From the NCBI RefSeq assembly GCF_001194135.2, contig NC_068988.1, positions 68,169,327-68,233,326 on the forward strand: a stretch of 64,000 bases of DNA, read 5' to 3'. The notes beneath the pieces are model-generated. The model searched no databases. It was given only the letters and a program-made list of their open reading frames with translations, and was not told the origin of the DNA. The DNA is from Octopus bimaculoides (lineage: Eukaryota). Below, piece after piece: positions 11,265-24,500 of the stretch. Both the position numbers and the translations under genes were made by a program. How positions within the stretch are numbered: position 1 is the first letter of the stretch; every line of letters starts with the position of its first letter.

Positions 11265-13147
11265 CACATCAGATAACCTTGTAGTATGTCTATAAATATG
11301 AAGTAAACTTTTTTCTCCATAGGTATATGTATTTTAATGCATGCACATTATTGCGACGGTGAATTTATGTTTTGATTTGTGTAAATATAGATGCTTGAAT
11401 GTTTTAAGTGTTTTTGTAACTGTTGGAGTACCTAGTAGTTTACTCACAGCTTGTTGGTTCTTGGTTTTCTCAACCTAAACCTTTTGGTATTGATACTGAA
11501 GCATCGTGTTATATAATCATGTGTCCTAATAACCACATTTCTTTTACCAGTTATCTTACGTTCAAAGGACAGATTATGGAGACGTAAACGAGAACGGTTG
11601 TCAAGCGCTGAGAACTAGACAGAAACATGTACACACTCACATTCACATATCACATACACGCATACATGCCAGAATTCACATGGCGCACACACGTAGGTAC
11701 ACACATAATATATTTAAAACAAATGAATAGGTGAATGGTTGTATGCAGAGTGGCTTATATAAGAATACAGTCACCAATGACGATGGTCAGGTTCTGCTCA
11801 GATTTAAAGTATATTAAAATCTTGAAGATGGAGAATATATCCATTCAGATATGGTTTTTGCTATGTACTTGATATTAGATGATAGGCCATTTTTGGTGAC
11901 GTCCAATAATATAGCTTCCATTATACCCTCGTATCTAACAAAAGTAAAACTCTTGTATTCAAGCTCCAGAAAACTCTTTCTTTAATCGTCAGTATTATAA
12001 TTAACGTATGTAAATTGAAAGTCATATTTTTTATAAAGCACGTAAATATTTCTGAATGTAAATTTATTTATTGAACCATAGAGGGAAAAGCCTGAAATCA
12101 AATGGCCGAAGGCGAGATGCAAGAAGGACAGCAAGACACGTAGAAGAGGATAAATTGAAATATATGTGCCCGCCGAGAATCGCAGATTTTATTCACTTAC
12201 ATTTATTATTTTCCTTTATATATATGTCATCAGTCCGAGCGTTATATTTGGGGACGTTAAATTTCATCATATCAGCACATCTCTCAGAGAAGACAGCATC
12301 TGAAGCAGGATCATGTTTTATTCAGTAAAACTTGGTTTTGCTGAATTATTTAAGGTACACAAGAAAACTCTCATACCAAGAGACACAATTTACATATGCA
12401 CATTCTGAGAATAATTGAGCACATGCTTTGAAGACTAACGAAAACGAAAAGTTAGAAGTTAAAAAACATTTCTATCATTCTACGACTGTCATGCACGTGC
12501 TAGTATGTTATTGTTATCTATGTGTCGCAATGATATAATGTTAATCAAATATAAAAGCTTCGCATAGAAACAGGTATACTGGAGTTTTTTTGTTTTTTTT
12601 AAAAATCAATTGGAAGAATTTGAAAGAAGCACAGAAGTAAACATAATGAAATAGAAAAGTTACCTTTTCTCCCATATTCAGGTAATAATGAAAGTGCTGT
12701 TTTCAAAGAATCGATACAGCGAATATCTTATTTTTCGCATTTCAATCAAACGAAATAAACAATACGAAATATTTTATCATTGACAAGTTCAACTCACCAA
12801 CATTATTATAATTTAAGAGGCAGAATATTCTCCTATCACTGGATGGAACATGCAAATATAACTTAATGCATAGAATTGTACACTGTGCATTCAACCTTAA
12901 TGCAATAACGTTATAGTGGAGCGCAATGGATATTGAAAACTCAATCGGTGAAGTCCAGGTCGTTCGGTGAAGTAGCGATTTTCAATATCAAGTTTACTTT
13001 TGGTGAGATATTTTCTATGATAAGCTGATGAACATATTTTGATAATGAATACATTACATTTATTAAAACAAGCCAAGGAACATGAACTTATTTCCTCTGA
13101 GATTTCTACCTCTCCTACTCATTCTGTCACTTGATATATATATATAT

Positions 13148-13211
<64 letters not shown>

Positions 13212-13371
13212 CAAAAGATAGTAAACAAATATGGTTCAGTTAATACAATATCAAATAATCAACTTAGAAGTGTGTATCTTGTCAATAACTGGTCGATGCA
13301 ATCGTAGACAACAAGAATCGCTATTAAATGCATTAATCCATCATCTGGCTATTAATATGTAGCACGGGTAA

Positions 13372-13583
13372 GGCGGCGAACTGGCAGAAACGTTAGCACG
13401 CCGGGCGAAATGGTTTGCGGTATTTCGTCTGTCTTTACGATCTGAGTTCGAATTCCCCTGAGGCCGACATTGCTTTTCATCCTTTCAGGGTCGATGAATT
13501 AAGTACCAGTTACGTACTGGGGCCGATTTAATTGACTGAACCCCCGCTCCAAAATGTTGGGCCTTGTGCCTAGAGTAGAAAAG
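13372..13583 (+). mobile_element. Near full-length tRNA-derived SINE (family 1) with 14-bp target-site duplication
   Basis: ggcggcgaactggcagaaacgttagc head, B-box-like gagttcgaattcc and central block cttttcatcctttcagggtcgatgaattaagtaccag. The TSD aatatgtagcacgg lies at 13354-13367 and 13584-13597. Confidence 0.85.
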
Positions 13584-13840
13584 AATATGTAGCACGGAAT
13601 TACCGTAGGTTTCATATCAACGATGTTCCACCCGGTGTTGATTGGGAGCACCGAGTGGATGTGTAAGATTCCAGGCGACCACGCAATTAGTAAAACAATT
13701 ATACATACGTATGTAGACGCTCACATACACAGTAATCAGTCATGCACACACACGTGTCCTAATGTGGCAGACACGCCCATTTTTCCAGGTTCATCTATAC
13801 GCACACAAAAATGTACAGTAATATATACATACATAAATCC

Positions 13841-13873
<33 letters not shown>

Positions 13874-14555
13874 NNNNNNNNNNNNNNNNNNNNNNNNNNN
13901 NNNNNNNNNNNNNNNNNNNNNNNNNNNNNNNNNNNNNNNNNNNNNNNNNNNNNNNNNNNNNNNNNNNNNNNNNNNNNNNNNNNNNNNNNNNNNNNNNNNN
14001 NNNNNNNNNNNNNNNNNNNNNNNNNNNNNNNNNNNNNNNNNNNNNNNNNNNNNNNNNNNNNNNNNNNNNNNNNNNNNNNNNNNNNNNNNNNNNNNNNNNN
14101 NNNNNNNNNNNNNNNNNNNNNNNNNNNNNNNNNNNNNNNNNNNNNNNNNNNNNNNNNNNNNNNNNNNNNNNNNNNNNNNNNNNNNNNNNNNNNNNNNNNN
14201 NNNNNNNNNNNNNNNNNNNNNNNNNNNNNNNNNNNNNNNNNNNNNNNNNNNNNNNNNNNNNNNNNNNNNNNNNNNNNNNNNNNNNNNNNNNNNNNNNNNN
14301 NNNNNNNNNNNNNNNNNNNNNNNNNNNNNNNNNNNNNNNNNNNNNNNNNNNNNNNNNNNNNNNNNNNNNNNNNNNNNNNNNNNNNNNNNNNNNNNNNNNN
14401 NNNNNNNNNNNNNNNNNNNNNNNNNNNNNNNNNNNNNNNNNNNNNNNNNNNNNNNNNNNNNNNNNNNNNNNNNNNNNNNNNNNNNNNNNNNNNNNNNNNN
14501 NNNNNNNNNNNNNNNNNNNNNNNNNNNNNNNNNNNNNNNNNNNNNNNNNNNNNNN
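13874..14555. other. Assembly gap (largest of 12; others at 6436, 10610, 19636, 31711, 35620, 43361, 45758, 48009, 54109, 57361, 60331)
   Basis: N runs, mostly bounded by (TA)n; ORFs spanning them are artefacts. Confidence 0.99.
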
Positions 14556-16062
14556 GGGAGTTGATCCTATGTGGGGCAAAGGCGTGAATAAGAAGGTTAA
14601 TTCCTGTTCACGGCGAGGGCAGGAGTCCTGATGACATCAGTGCACAGACAATTCGAACACAGATATGTGTTGTAATAAATGACAGGTAGAGCGGAAATGG
14701 CGTGAGACCGTGGTCTCATTGCCGAGTCAAATATCTCGGTGGTGCTCCGCGAACCGGTCAGCCAAATGGCGTCCAGTTTGACCGATGTACAGAGAAGAAC
14801 AGAAAGAGCAGGCGATGCAGTAAATGCCATTGCTAGAAGTGCAGGCAAAGGAGTCAGTGATACGATAGGGACGATGATGGGTGCTTGTGATGATGGTGGT
14901 GTTGGACACGTAGTGGCAAGTGTGGCAGCAAGGATGGGAACGAGCCAGGTTCGGAGGTGAGATTAAGGAAGAAACTGTGGAAGACTACGTCAAGTAGTTT
15001 GTGGGCTCGTCTGAATGAAGGAAGGGGTAGGTCGGGGAAGATGTACGAAGTGGAGGGGTAGGGCAAGAGTCACCGCAAGGCTCGGAGAATGGTGCGTGGA
15101 GGGGCCGGGTGGAAGGGTGGTAGGTGATGGCAACAGCGGGGTGGAGCGGGTGCGAGGAGGAGAGAGCAGAGGCACTGTCCACGGAACGTGCTCTGGCAAG
15201 AGCAGTGTCGATAGTGGTGAGGAGATATCCCCGAAGGATAAAGTGGCGGGCCATGAGTTGATACTGAGTCTCAGAATGGTTGTGACTGGAGAACCTGCGC
15301 AGATGGAGGAGGTGGGAGTAAAGAACGGAGAGCTTGGTGTGGGTAGGTTGGGAGAAGAAGAAGTTGAGGTATGGGTGTGAGTCGGATCGTTTATATTGGA
15401 TGGAGGTAGTGAGAGCGGAGTTGTGTATGTTGACCGAAATGTCGAGAAAGGCGACGGAAGTTTGGAAAAGATGCAGGAGAATTCGAGGGCAGAATGGAAG
15501 GATTGGACAAAAGAGAGGAAGGAGTCTAGTTGTTCGCGGGAGAGTGAGGTTCTCACCGATACAGTCATCAATATAACGACCATATAGCTCGGTTGTGAGA
15601 CCCGTGAATCTTGAAAATATCTTGGCCTCACCGTAGACAACGAACAGGTACGCATAGTTGGGGACCATTTTCGTTTTCATAGCCACTCCCGAGATATGTT
15701 GGTAAAACTACCCCGCGAACGAAAAGCAGTTGAGGGAGACATTAGGTTCAACCAGACGAAGAAGTGTAGACGTGTCATGTTGCCGGGTTGGGTCGAAGGT
15801 CTAGAAAGTGTTTGAGAGCAAGAAGTCCTTCGTTGTTTGGACCGTATATAGACGCTTGATATCATGAATAAAGAGAAATTTAGAGGGGCCAGGAGAGAAG
15901 GAGAAGGAGTTGAAAAGACGAAGATAGTCAGTGTCGTGGATGTGTGAGGAGAGGGAAGCCACTAGGGGGCAAGGACACGGTCGAGGTATTTAGAGGTCAG
16001 TTCCGTGGGGCAGTTCCAGGAAGAGACGATGGAGCGGCCAGGGTTTTGGGGCTTGTCGCACA
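14556..16062 (-). mobile_element. Neptune-type Penelope-like element, degenerate RT plus Zn-linker plus GIY-YIG
   Basis: KPQNPGRSIVSSWNCPTELTSKYLD, GVAMKTKMVPNYAYLF, RYIDD, FLDISV, YKRSDSHPYL and GIYCIACSFCSSLYIGQTGRHLADRFAEHHRDI; multiple frameshifts; 3' end lost in an N gap. Confidence 0.9.
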
Positions 16063-16284
16063 TAAGGATATATACATATACACTTATACATGCATATATA
16101 CACATATATACATATATACATATACATATATAGATTTACGTATATACATCTATATATTATACACATAAACATGTACATATATACATATAGATATATACAA
16201 ATATAAATATATATACATGTAGATATACACATATACATATGTACATATTCATATATGATTATATATAAACGTATATATATATAT

Positions 16285-17929
16285 AAACGAAATGAGCTCA
16301 AATTCGGCAACTGGCCCCGATGGTTTCCCAGCTGTCCTCTTAAAGTCGTGTAAACAAGAATTAGCGGGACCACTCCGGATACTCTTCCAGAGTTTTCTTG
16401 CAAGTGGTAAACTTCTCAAAAAGCTGAAGGAAGGCACCATATGTCCTATCCATAAAGGTGGAAGCAGAGCAGAGGCTGGGAACTACAGGCCCATCTCTCT
16501 GACTTCACATATTAGCAAAGTCATGGAACGAGTTGTCAGAAGGAGATTGATTGCGTTCCTAGAAGAAAATGACTTGCTCAATGAGACCCAGCATGGTTTC
16601 CATCTATGTAGAAGCTGCCTCACGCAGCATTATGACTGGGGCCTGAAGCAGCTACTTGACTATTCAAATGTTGATGTGATATATCTCGACTTTGCAAAAG
16701 CCTTTGACAAAGTTGATCAAGGATTGATATGTCACAAGCTGCGAAACCTTGGCATAGCTGGTAAATTAGGAGAATGGCTGCATGACTTCCTGCATGGTAG
16801 AAGTCAGACAGTTGCAGCCAATGGAGACTATCTAGGGAAATGCAAATATTGAGCGGTGCTCCGCAAGGAACTGTCCTGGGGACACTACTGTTCATAGTGG
16901 CCCTTCTGGACATGCCCAAGGTCACTCGGAGAGCCACTGTCACTAGCTACGCTGATGACACAAAACTATCTCAGGCAATAAAGAATCCTGATGATATTAT
17001 AAGCCTGCAGAATAATCTAAATGCAATATACAAGTGGGCAGAACAAAATAATATGCAGTTCAATGCAACAAAATTTGAAGTACTGCGCTACAAGGCGACA
17101 AGCGCCTCCCAACTGGCATACACAGGACCTGGAGGTACTGCAATCCCAGAAAAATAAACAGCAAGAGACATGGGCATCAGCATGTGTAGTGATGCATCAT
17201 TTCACAAGCACATTGTCAAGTTGACAGCAAAGTGCTGACAACTGGCAGGATGGGTACTGAAGACATATCGAACAAGGGATCAAAAAGTCATGTTGACTCT
17301 ATGGAAGACATTTGTTCTGAGCCGCATAGACTATTGCTCTCAGTTGTGGTCACCACACAGTGTCAAGCGGACAGCAGAACTCGAGGCAATTCAGCGTCAC
17401 TATACAAACAAGATGACCACAGTCTAACAGATGAACTACAGGGAGCGACTGAAGGCACTAAGTCTCTACTCCCTGGAGCGCAGGCGGGAGAGATATGTAA
17501 AAATATACATATGGAAAATACTGGAAGGACTGGTGCCAAACATTGGCATCAAGTACTACAAGAATGCCCGCACAGGTTGCCACCTCATGGTACCAAGGGT
17601 GCCGTCCACTGCATCTCACATAAGAACGAGGTACTGCAACAGCCTCGGTTTCAGAGGACCTCAGCTCTTTAATGCCCTGCCAAAACATTTGAGAGACCTG
17701 CAAGACATGGGTATGAAATTCTTCAAGACAAAACTCGACGCTTTCCTCTCCACGATACCAGACGAACCAATGGCTCGAAATGAGACACAGTTAAGAGCAG
17801 CGATGTCAAATTCTCCTATACACCAGATGTGCCATCAAAAGTCTTGATAGGACTGTATCAGGTGGCGGAGACGATCCATGCAAGGAACGTGAAGAGAGCA
17901 CAGCATAAAGACGGAAAGTCACGGTGGTG
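16285..17929 (+). mobile_element. CR1-group LINE, 5'-truncated RT plus 3' UTR, frameshifted
   Basis: GPDGFPA, NYRPISLTS, QHGF, YLDFAKAFDKV, SGAPQGTVLG, YADDTK and RRRERY..YIWKILEGLVPN; flanked on both sides by (TA)n. Confidence 0.9.
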
Positions 17930-18469
17930 TGTATATATATACATATATATACATATTCTTATTTATGTTATTTTTGATTTTATACTTCTATGCCGATCAT
18001 TAGTTATTTGCAATTCTGAGGGTCATATGTTTAAGGGTCTGGATGTTTCTTTGATCGTTAAAATACACTGCTTCCGTCTCATGTCAACATTTGAACACTT
18101 CACTGAAATATGACGATGAAAGATATAAAAATCAGTTTTAATCATTCCAACTTTGAGCTCTGCATTATGATCTGAAATGTAAGATTTCTTCTACCCTGAT
18201 GACGGAGGCTCGCTTTATCTAATATTGGTTACTTCCATCAAGTCTGGATATCATGAAAAACTACATCGACCAACATGATGGATCTCCGAGCCACCAAAAA
18301 CATTTGTTTGACTTATCAAAAACCTTTCTGTCTCTCTAATTTACCCTGTCCTTTGTACTCTGTGTAAGATGGCTCTCTGAACATAACTATTCATATATCT
18401 TTTTTTTAAATATTCCTCCTGTAGATTTTCTCCACTCTTTGCTTTCTCTCGTTTAGTATCTTTTACTAT

Positions 18470-18525
18470 TTTTTATCGTTTACTTGTTTCAGTCATTAGA
18501 CTGCGGTCATACTGGAGCACTACCT
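18470..18525 (-). mobile_element. SINE family 2 / CR1-type 3' tail fragment
   Basis: tacttgtttcagtcattagactgcggtcatactggagcac is the reverse complement of the tail at 42905-42950. Confidence 0.7.
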
Positions 18526-19419
18526 GGGATTTCTTTGCGAGATCTTTGTCCACTGAAGTAATATGGATTAAAACGACTTGCTAAAAAATTAACAAAACTC
18601 ATGCATTAAGGCTGGAATAATTTCCCACTAACCAGTAAGCCAACATTTTTACATACCTTGATTCACAGCACTTATAATTTCCTGTAGCAATATACCATGA
18701 TTATCAAATTAAACCGAGTGTAATAATACCCGGTGTAATAAAACATTTCTCAACACCTACAGAAATCATATTCTATATTTGCTTTTGTTCCAAAATTGCA
18801 TGAATGATTAGTTAAAATATTTGCGAAGAAAATAGTTGAAGTACAAGAATATCCTGTTGAAGATTTCCAACAGAAAATTACCGGAAGTTACACGGACCAG
18901 ATTCGATTAAAACGTCTGCTTGAATATATTTTCTTAAAACTAACAATATATCATCGTATCTGATTTTCAGTATAAGCTGTCTACTTCATAACACTCCGTG
19001 TACAGTATACAAATTAAATTAGGTTATCATTTTTCTCTTTCAATTTGTTTCTAAGCGACATAATTTAATAAATGAATTCAAATGTTCATCAAATTTTCAA
19101 TGACGTGAACATGAAATACTTTTTCACAATTAATTATATTATTTAAGGCGGTAACTATCATAAACTAACAATGATATTCTCAGTCATATAAGAAGCTGAT
19201 AATCAAAATCATATATAGTAACAATGGTTTAGTTGTTATTCATGGCAGACAGACATATTTGGAACTTTTGCTTTAAATCCTGTGAGACAAAGTGATTACA
19301 GATACATATTGCACTAAAGATAAAGGATTAATATGTAGGCTATGTAAACAGGCATACACTCACATAGAAGCCATAAAACTCACGCCCATATATATGTAAC
19401 CACTTGTGAATCGTTGGCG

Positions 19420-19596
19420 ATTTTCTTCCTCCGTCTCCCTTTTCTTTTGAACTTTCCTCTGTTTCCGAAGAAGAGCTTTGCTAGAAACGTTAATCCATCT
19501 TTCTTTCCTTCTCTGAGCGCCTGATAATATTTTACATGTACCACGCCGTCACTATGTTGTTGTTTGTGTTTGTTCTTCCTGTTTTTGGATTTACTA
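19420..19596 (+). mobile_element. Short hammerhead-bearing repeat, copy 2 (degenerate core)
   Basis: 19461-19494 gtttCCGAAGA-AGAGC-ttt-GCTA-GAAA-CGT-T-AAT; ends ...TTACTA before (TA)n. Confidence 0.6.
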
Positions 19597-20065
19597 TATA
19601 TATATATATCTATATCTATATATATATATATATATNNNNNNNNNNNNNNNNNNNNNNNNNNNNNNNNNNNNNNNNNNNNNNNNNNNNNNNNNNNNNNNNN
19701 NNNNNNNNNNNNNNNNNNNNNNNNNNNNNNNNNNNNNNNNNNNNNNNNNNNNNNNNNNNNNNNNNNNNNNNNNNNNNNNNNNNNNNNNNNNNNNNNNNNN
19801 NNNNNNNNNNNNNNNNNNNNNNNNNNNNNNNNNNNNNNNNNNNNNNNNNNNNNNNNNNNNNNNNNNNNNNNNNNNNNNNNNNNNNNNNNNNNNNNNNNNN
19901 NNNNNNNNNNNNNNNNNNNNNNNNNNNNNNNNNNNNNNNNNNNNNNNNNNNNNNNNNNNNNNNNNNNNNNNNNNNNNNNNNNNNNNNNNNNNNNNNNNNN
20001 NNNNNNNNNNNNNNNNNNNNNNNNNNNNNNNNTATATATATATATATATATGCATAGATAGATAT

Positions 20066-20126
<61 letters not shown>

Positions 20127-20154
20127 CATATATATATATATATATATATATGTA

Positions 20155-20196
<42 letters not shown>

Positions 20197-20367
20197 TATA
20201 GCAAGAGGAGGGATAAAATATCCAGGTAGGTAACGGATTTCGTTATGTAAAATGCCAAGGCTGGTTCCTTCAGATGGTGCGTTTTATGGTAAATTTCCCT
20301 CAACTCCTATCTGATGTTATATATTTTTCCTGGCTACGTAGTGTATAAAGTACAATATTGATAATCA

Positions 20368-20739
20368 GGAGAACAAGTATTTGAACATTCAAATTTATGT
20401 TTAATTATAGTTTGTTTATTCATAATAATTGTCCGACACGTGTTTGGATCGCATTAATTGCATATCGATGCATATTTATACGCAGCGATTTATGCATTAA
20501 TATTACGATCACTTCAGGGAGTATAAACATGATATTGTTCGAAGAGGAATTTTTCTCCGCTATTAGTTTGAATTAGGCTTTGTAGCAGTAGTAGTAAACC
20601 ATGACGATCATCGTTGTGCTTTTTTTTTTCACAACAATATACAATTAATATGCAATTAATGTGATCAAATCACGTGTCGGACGATTATTATGAATACACC
20701 AACGATAAAAAGTTTGAATGTTCAAATTCATCGTTCTTC
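20368..20739. mobile_element. Fold-back / MITE-like element with about 85-bp imperfect TIRs
   Basis: atttgaacattcaaa...ttcataataattgtccgacacgtg...cattaattgcatat pairs with atatgcaattaatg...cacgtgtcggacgattattatgaa...tttgaatgttcaaat. Confidence 0.8.
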
Positions 20740-20747
20740 ATATTAAA

Positions 20748-20980
20748 GCAAAGTGGAGATTCCGTCTGCCACACATATGGCCTTCCACCAAATACCTTCT
20801 ACAACACGGATTTGCCCACAATCTCTTTCAGCTTCACATAGCCGTCTGAATTGAACCTAAAATCCTGTTCAAAACTGTAGGGCAGCTTGACGTCGCCGTC
20901 ACAAGAGGCACACAATCAAAGACGATCACAGTTTGAGGGGTTTGGTCTCCATGGTACCTGGGACATCACATGGGTTAGAG
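20748..20980 (-). mobile_element. Tc1/mariner-superfamily (maT-like) transposase remnant
   Basis: With frameshifts: SNPCDVPGTMETK / TVIVFDCV / SCDGDVKLPYSFEQDFRFNSDGYVKLKEIVGKSVL*KVFGGRPYVWQTESP, resembling GRPYVWQQDSAP-type catalytic regions. Confidence 0.6.
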
Positions 20981-21299
20981 GCAGGTGTACATAGCATTGG
21001 GAAGCACTCATGATCCTAGCATACTGATATATAGCGCAGACCATCCAGATATAGCGAACCCGCTTCCATATTAAAAAGGCTGCCAATCCAGCTAACCTTT
21101 TCTCAATTAGAATATTAATCTATATTCTCTCAAAGGCTGTTAACTGTTCCCGGAGTGAACAAAAAAAATCGTCAAATTCAACCCGAACGCCCTGCATGTA
21201 TACATCTCATAGTATCAACCAAACCATCAGATGCTATTATATACCGTTGATCAAAATGCGCTTCCAGTTTCGTCTTGATTGCGCCATTCTTCCCTCTTG

Positions 21300-21645
21300 T
21301 CCAAAATTATTTAACTAAATCAGTATCCCAAGCAGAACTTGCTTTCTCTGCATTGACAGCGTTCCCTCCACTACGTTCTCCAATCATACCAATTCGAAGG
21401 TGCTCTTTAAATGATATTCTTAGCATGGATCTTTCCATTTCCCTTTGCGTCGTAGCCAATTAATGTTTTATAGCCTGGGTCTCAGTTGCGTATCAGAGCG
21501 CAGATCAGACGGTGCTATTAAAGAGTCTGGAATGCATGACATTGTATAACTTTGTTTTGGCCACATCCTTTATTGAGTTAAATGCCTTCCATTCCATCCT
21601 GCCCTCATTTCCTCTGATATTTCAACATCCATAACTCGGTGCAAC
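21300..21645 (-). mobile_element. RTE-clade LINE fragment (post-RT region)
   Basis: WKAFNSIKDV...RLFNSTV*SAL*YATET...TTQREMERSMLRISFKEHLR...ERSG. Confidence 0.75.
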
Positions 21646-21689
21646 ACTGCGTTCATCTTTATGGTATCGTAGAACTTTTCATAATCAAC

Positions 21690-22070
21690 AAAAGAGATAC
21701 AAAGAGGAAGTTTATATTTGTTCGCTCGTAAGCTATGCATCTGTTATTTTGGAAAATAATTTTTCCTTTGTGAGTATCTTTTTCTAGTGATTTCGGTTGT
21801 TTGTAGCTTTTAATGGTTTTATGTGTGAGTAAAATTTCCTTTAATTTGGTGTCCTTATGTAGCATTGGTAAATTTTGCGTGATGATGGTGAAGGCTTCTT
21901 TGTTTCTGGGGTTGTATGTGCATATATACGGCAGTAGTTTTGGGGAAGGTGTGTTGCTGTGTTGAACTTTTCCTAAGTTTTCTCTGTCGATTTGTGATGC
22001 GCGTCTGATTCCATCCTCTATGAGTTGAATTGGGTAATGTCTGTCAATTAGGGTAATAAGAACTGAAAAA
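21690..22070 (-). mobile_element. Neptune-type PLE fragment (thumb/linker)
   Basis: LIDRHYPIQLIEDGIRRA...LPYICTYNPRNKEAF.II..NLPML...IKSYKQPKSL, then KKILTK after a frameshift. Confidence 0.7.
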
Positions 22071-24399
22071 TGGGTATATAGATAGACGTGTGTATATTGC
22101 GTATATATAATGTATAATGCACACATACATAGACACACACACACAGACACACACACAAAAGCACAGATACACTCACTCACACACACACACACACACACGC
22201 ATACACACACACACACACACTCATACACACACACATGCATAAAGGGTACAGCGTCGAGTAAATATATTCTAGTTTTGTCTATGTATGAATTGTTTGGTGT
22301 TTTGTTCTTTTTGCCTGTGTTGCCAATTTATTGATGACCTCAAAACTGGTATTTCTATGTCATTAGCACTAGAACTAAATTTTGTTCTTATTCAATTTCA
22401 TTTCAAACCCCTCGAGGAGGGGGTGCTGCTAGAGCGGAGCGTATTATGCACTTGCTAGACTGCAAGTATTTTGTCCTCCAGCAATCTCTTATTTCTACTT
22501 GGAATCCTATATGTATGTCTGTATATACAGACATAGATGTGCTTTTTACTTCTTAATTTGCTTCTATTTAGCTTCGTCGTTTTTTGTGTGATGCATTGCA
22601 TTTTAATTGGTCCATGCACCAGGTGCACTGTGGAGCACCTAAGAACTGTATCGGTGTTACTGACTGTTAGAGTGCAACTTTACAAGTTTAAAATGTACAA
22701 TCAATTATGTATATGTTTCAATTTTAGTGTATACTAGTATATATAAGCAACTATATAATCATATTTTTCCGAAGCATTCATTACACACTTAGCAGTGTCT
22801 GCATAAGGAATAATATTCGCCTGAGGATCCCTAAAGCCTGCTATCTTGAAAATACGGACAATATTAGTTTATCAATTTTAGTAACTTGTCTCTACACACA
22901 TGGTAAATTATATAATTTTGTAGTCACGTAGCTCACGGCAACTATATCTCACCGTTACAGAACATGAACTATATAAGATACTTTTCTATGTGTATTAACT
23001 AACATTCCTGGTTAGAGAGAATTTTTATATTGAGTTTACCAAATAGTGATACCCAAACAAGCGTAAGCTTGAATCAAAGAACAAGTTTTCCAAATACGTG
23101 TAGCATATTGAAGTTTATAGATGATTAATATTGCATGCTTTAAGGACAAGAAATACACAGGAAAAGTTATACGAAATTAAAATTCTGGGAAGACATTCCA
23201 ACCGAATCGTTGTACAAAATGCCAAAAGTAATTTCGTACTGGTCCATTTCATTGAGCTCGAATGTTATCAACGTCAATCTGTCTCTAGCATTTCGGTGTC
23301 TATAACGTTAAGCAGCACCCCAAGAGAGTGGCAGTGAACTGGCTGTACTGTCAGATGTTTGACAAAATGCGCTTATTGATAAATATATCGACAAGATATG
23401 AAATCAGGATAAACTGTAAATTTACAAAAAGTACTTTCAAGTCAAACCTGCGACATTTAGAGAACTTGAAAATGTCATTGTACATATCAAAGCTAGGATC
23501 ATAAAGTAAATGCTTCTGAATTACTCAATCTCTCTCACCTTCATCTTCAAAGCACAACCGAGACAGAGAAATGTTCAAGATTCGACAATGTCAATGTAGA
23601 TATAAAAAGGTGCTATATTATCATTAGGGACAGAGACATCAAAAGATCCCGCATTTTGTACATATAGGATTCTACATTACAGACATACGCACACATACAA
23701 ACGTATACGCGTTCATAATATAAGTGTGTATATCTGCGTGTTTGTGCGTGTGTACGTTTGTGTGTGACAGTGCAAAATATATACCTGATACATATTAAAA
23801 TATTTCCGTATACGAGTTTTTGCTGCTGACAAAATAACCAACGTCCTTTGAGGATTTGCTAACACTTATTGTAGATTTACTTAGATGCATACATATTTTC
23901 CTTCTGCTCTTCCCACCGCTAGTGTGTTAGACCCGCACCGAGCAGAATGTTCAAGTATTTCTTCCACTCATTCTAGCTTGTGGAATCCATATTACCTCAA
24001 CGTTGTTTCTCTTGAGGCTTCTAGCCACAACTTTTTACGCATTAAACCCAATATTCTTAGAGATTATTAACATATCAACGCTACCGCTGCTCTGTCTTAT
24101 TCAGATATATTATATCATATCCATTTTTATATTCTTTTGCAATGTTTAGATAATAAATATTTGGGCAAAGCATTTTAAATTTCAAAATGATAAAAGAAAA
24201 GGGAAGATATTGTCACTGATGTTAAAATTGAAACAAATAAATGCGCAATAGAACCAAATCTCCTGGGAGAAGTAGAAAGCACATCAACCTTAGATCATAA
24301 TCTGCTGACTCAATACAGATGCATTCGAGAATACAACACCCGATACCAAAATGTTAATAAGGCTTTCAAATCTTGGCGTAAGGCTGATGATTTTAGCGG

Positions 24400-24500
24400 G
24401 AGAGGACTGGTTGGTACATCGACACTAGTGGTCGACTGGTACTTACTGTATCGAACCCGAAAGGATGAAAAGCAAAGTCGACATCTACGGTATTTAAACA
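24400..24500 (-). mobile_element. SINE family 1 fragment
   Basis: actggtacttactgtatcgaacccgaaaggatgaaaagcaaagtcgac. Confidence 0.7.

Noticed and set aside
14633-14650. CTGATGA / CTGAAGA strings here and at about 9165, 18196 and 22824 as further hammerheads
   Set aside because: No properly spaced stem II plus GAAA and stem I pairing.
14739-15655. Several overlapping ORFs (221, 121, 80 and 73 aa)
   Set aside because: These are alternative-frame or antisense shadows of the GC-skewed Neptune element.
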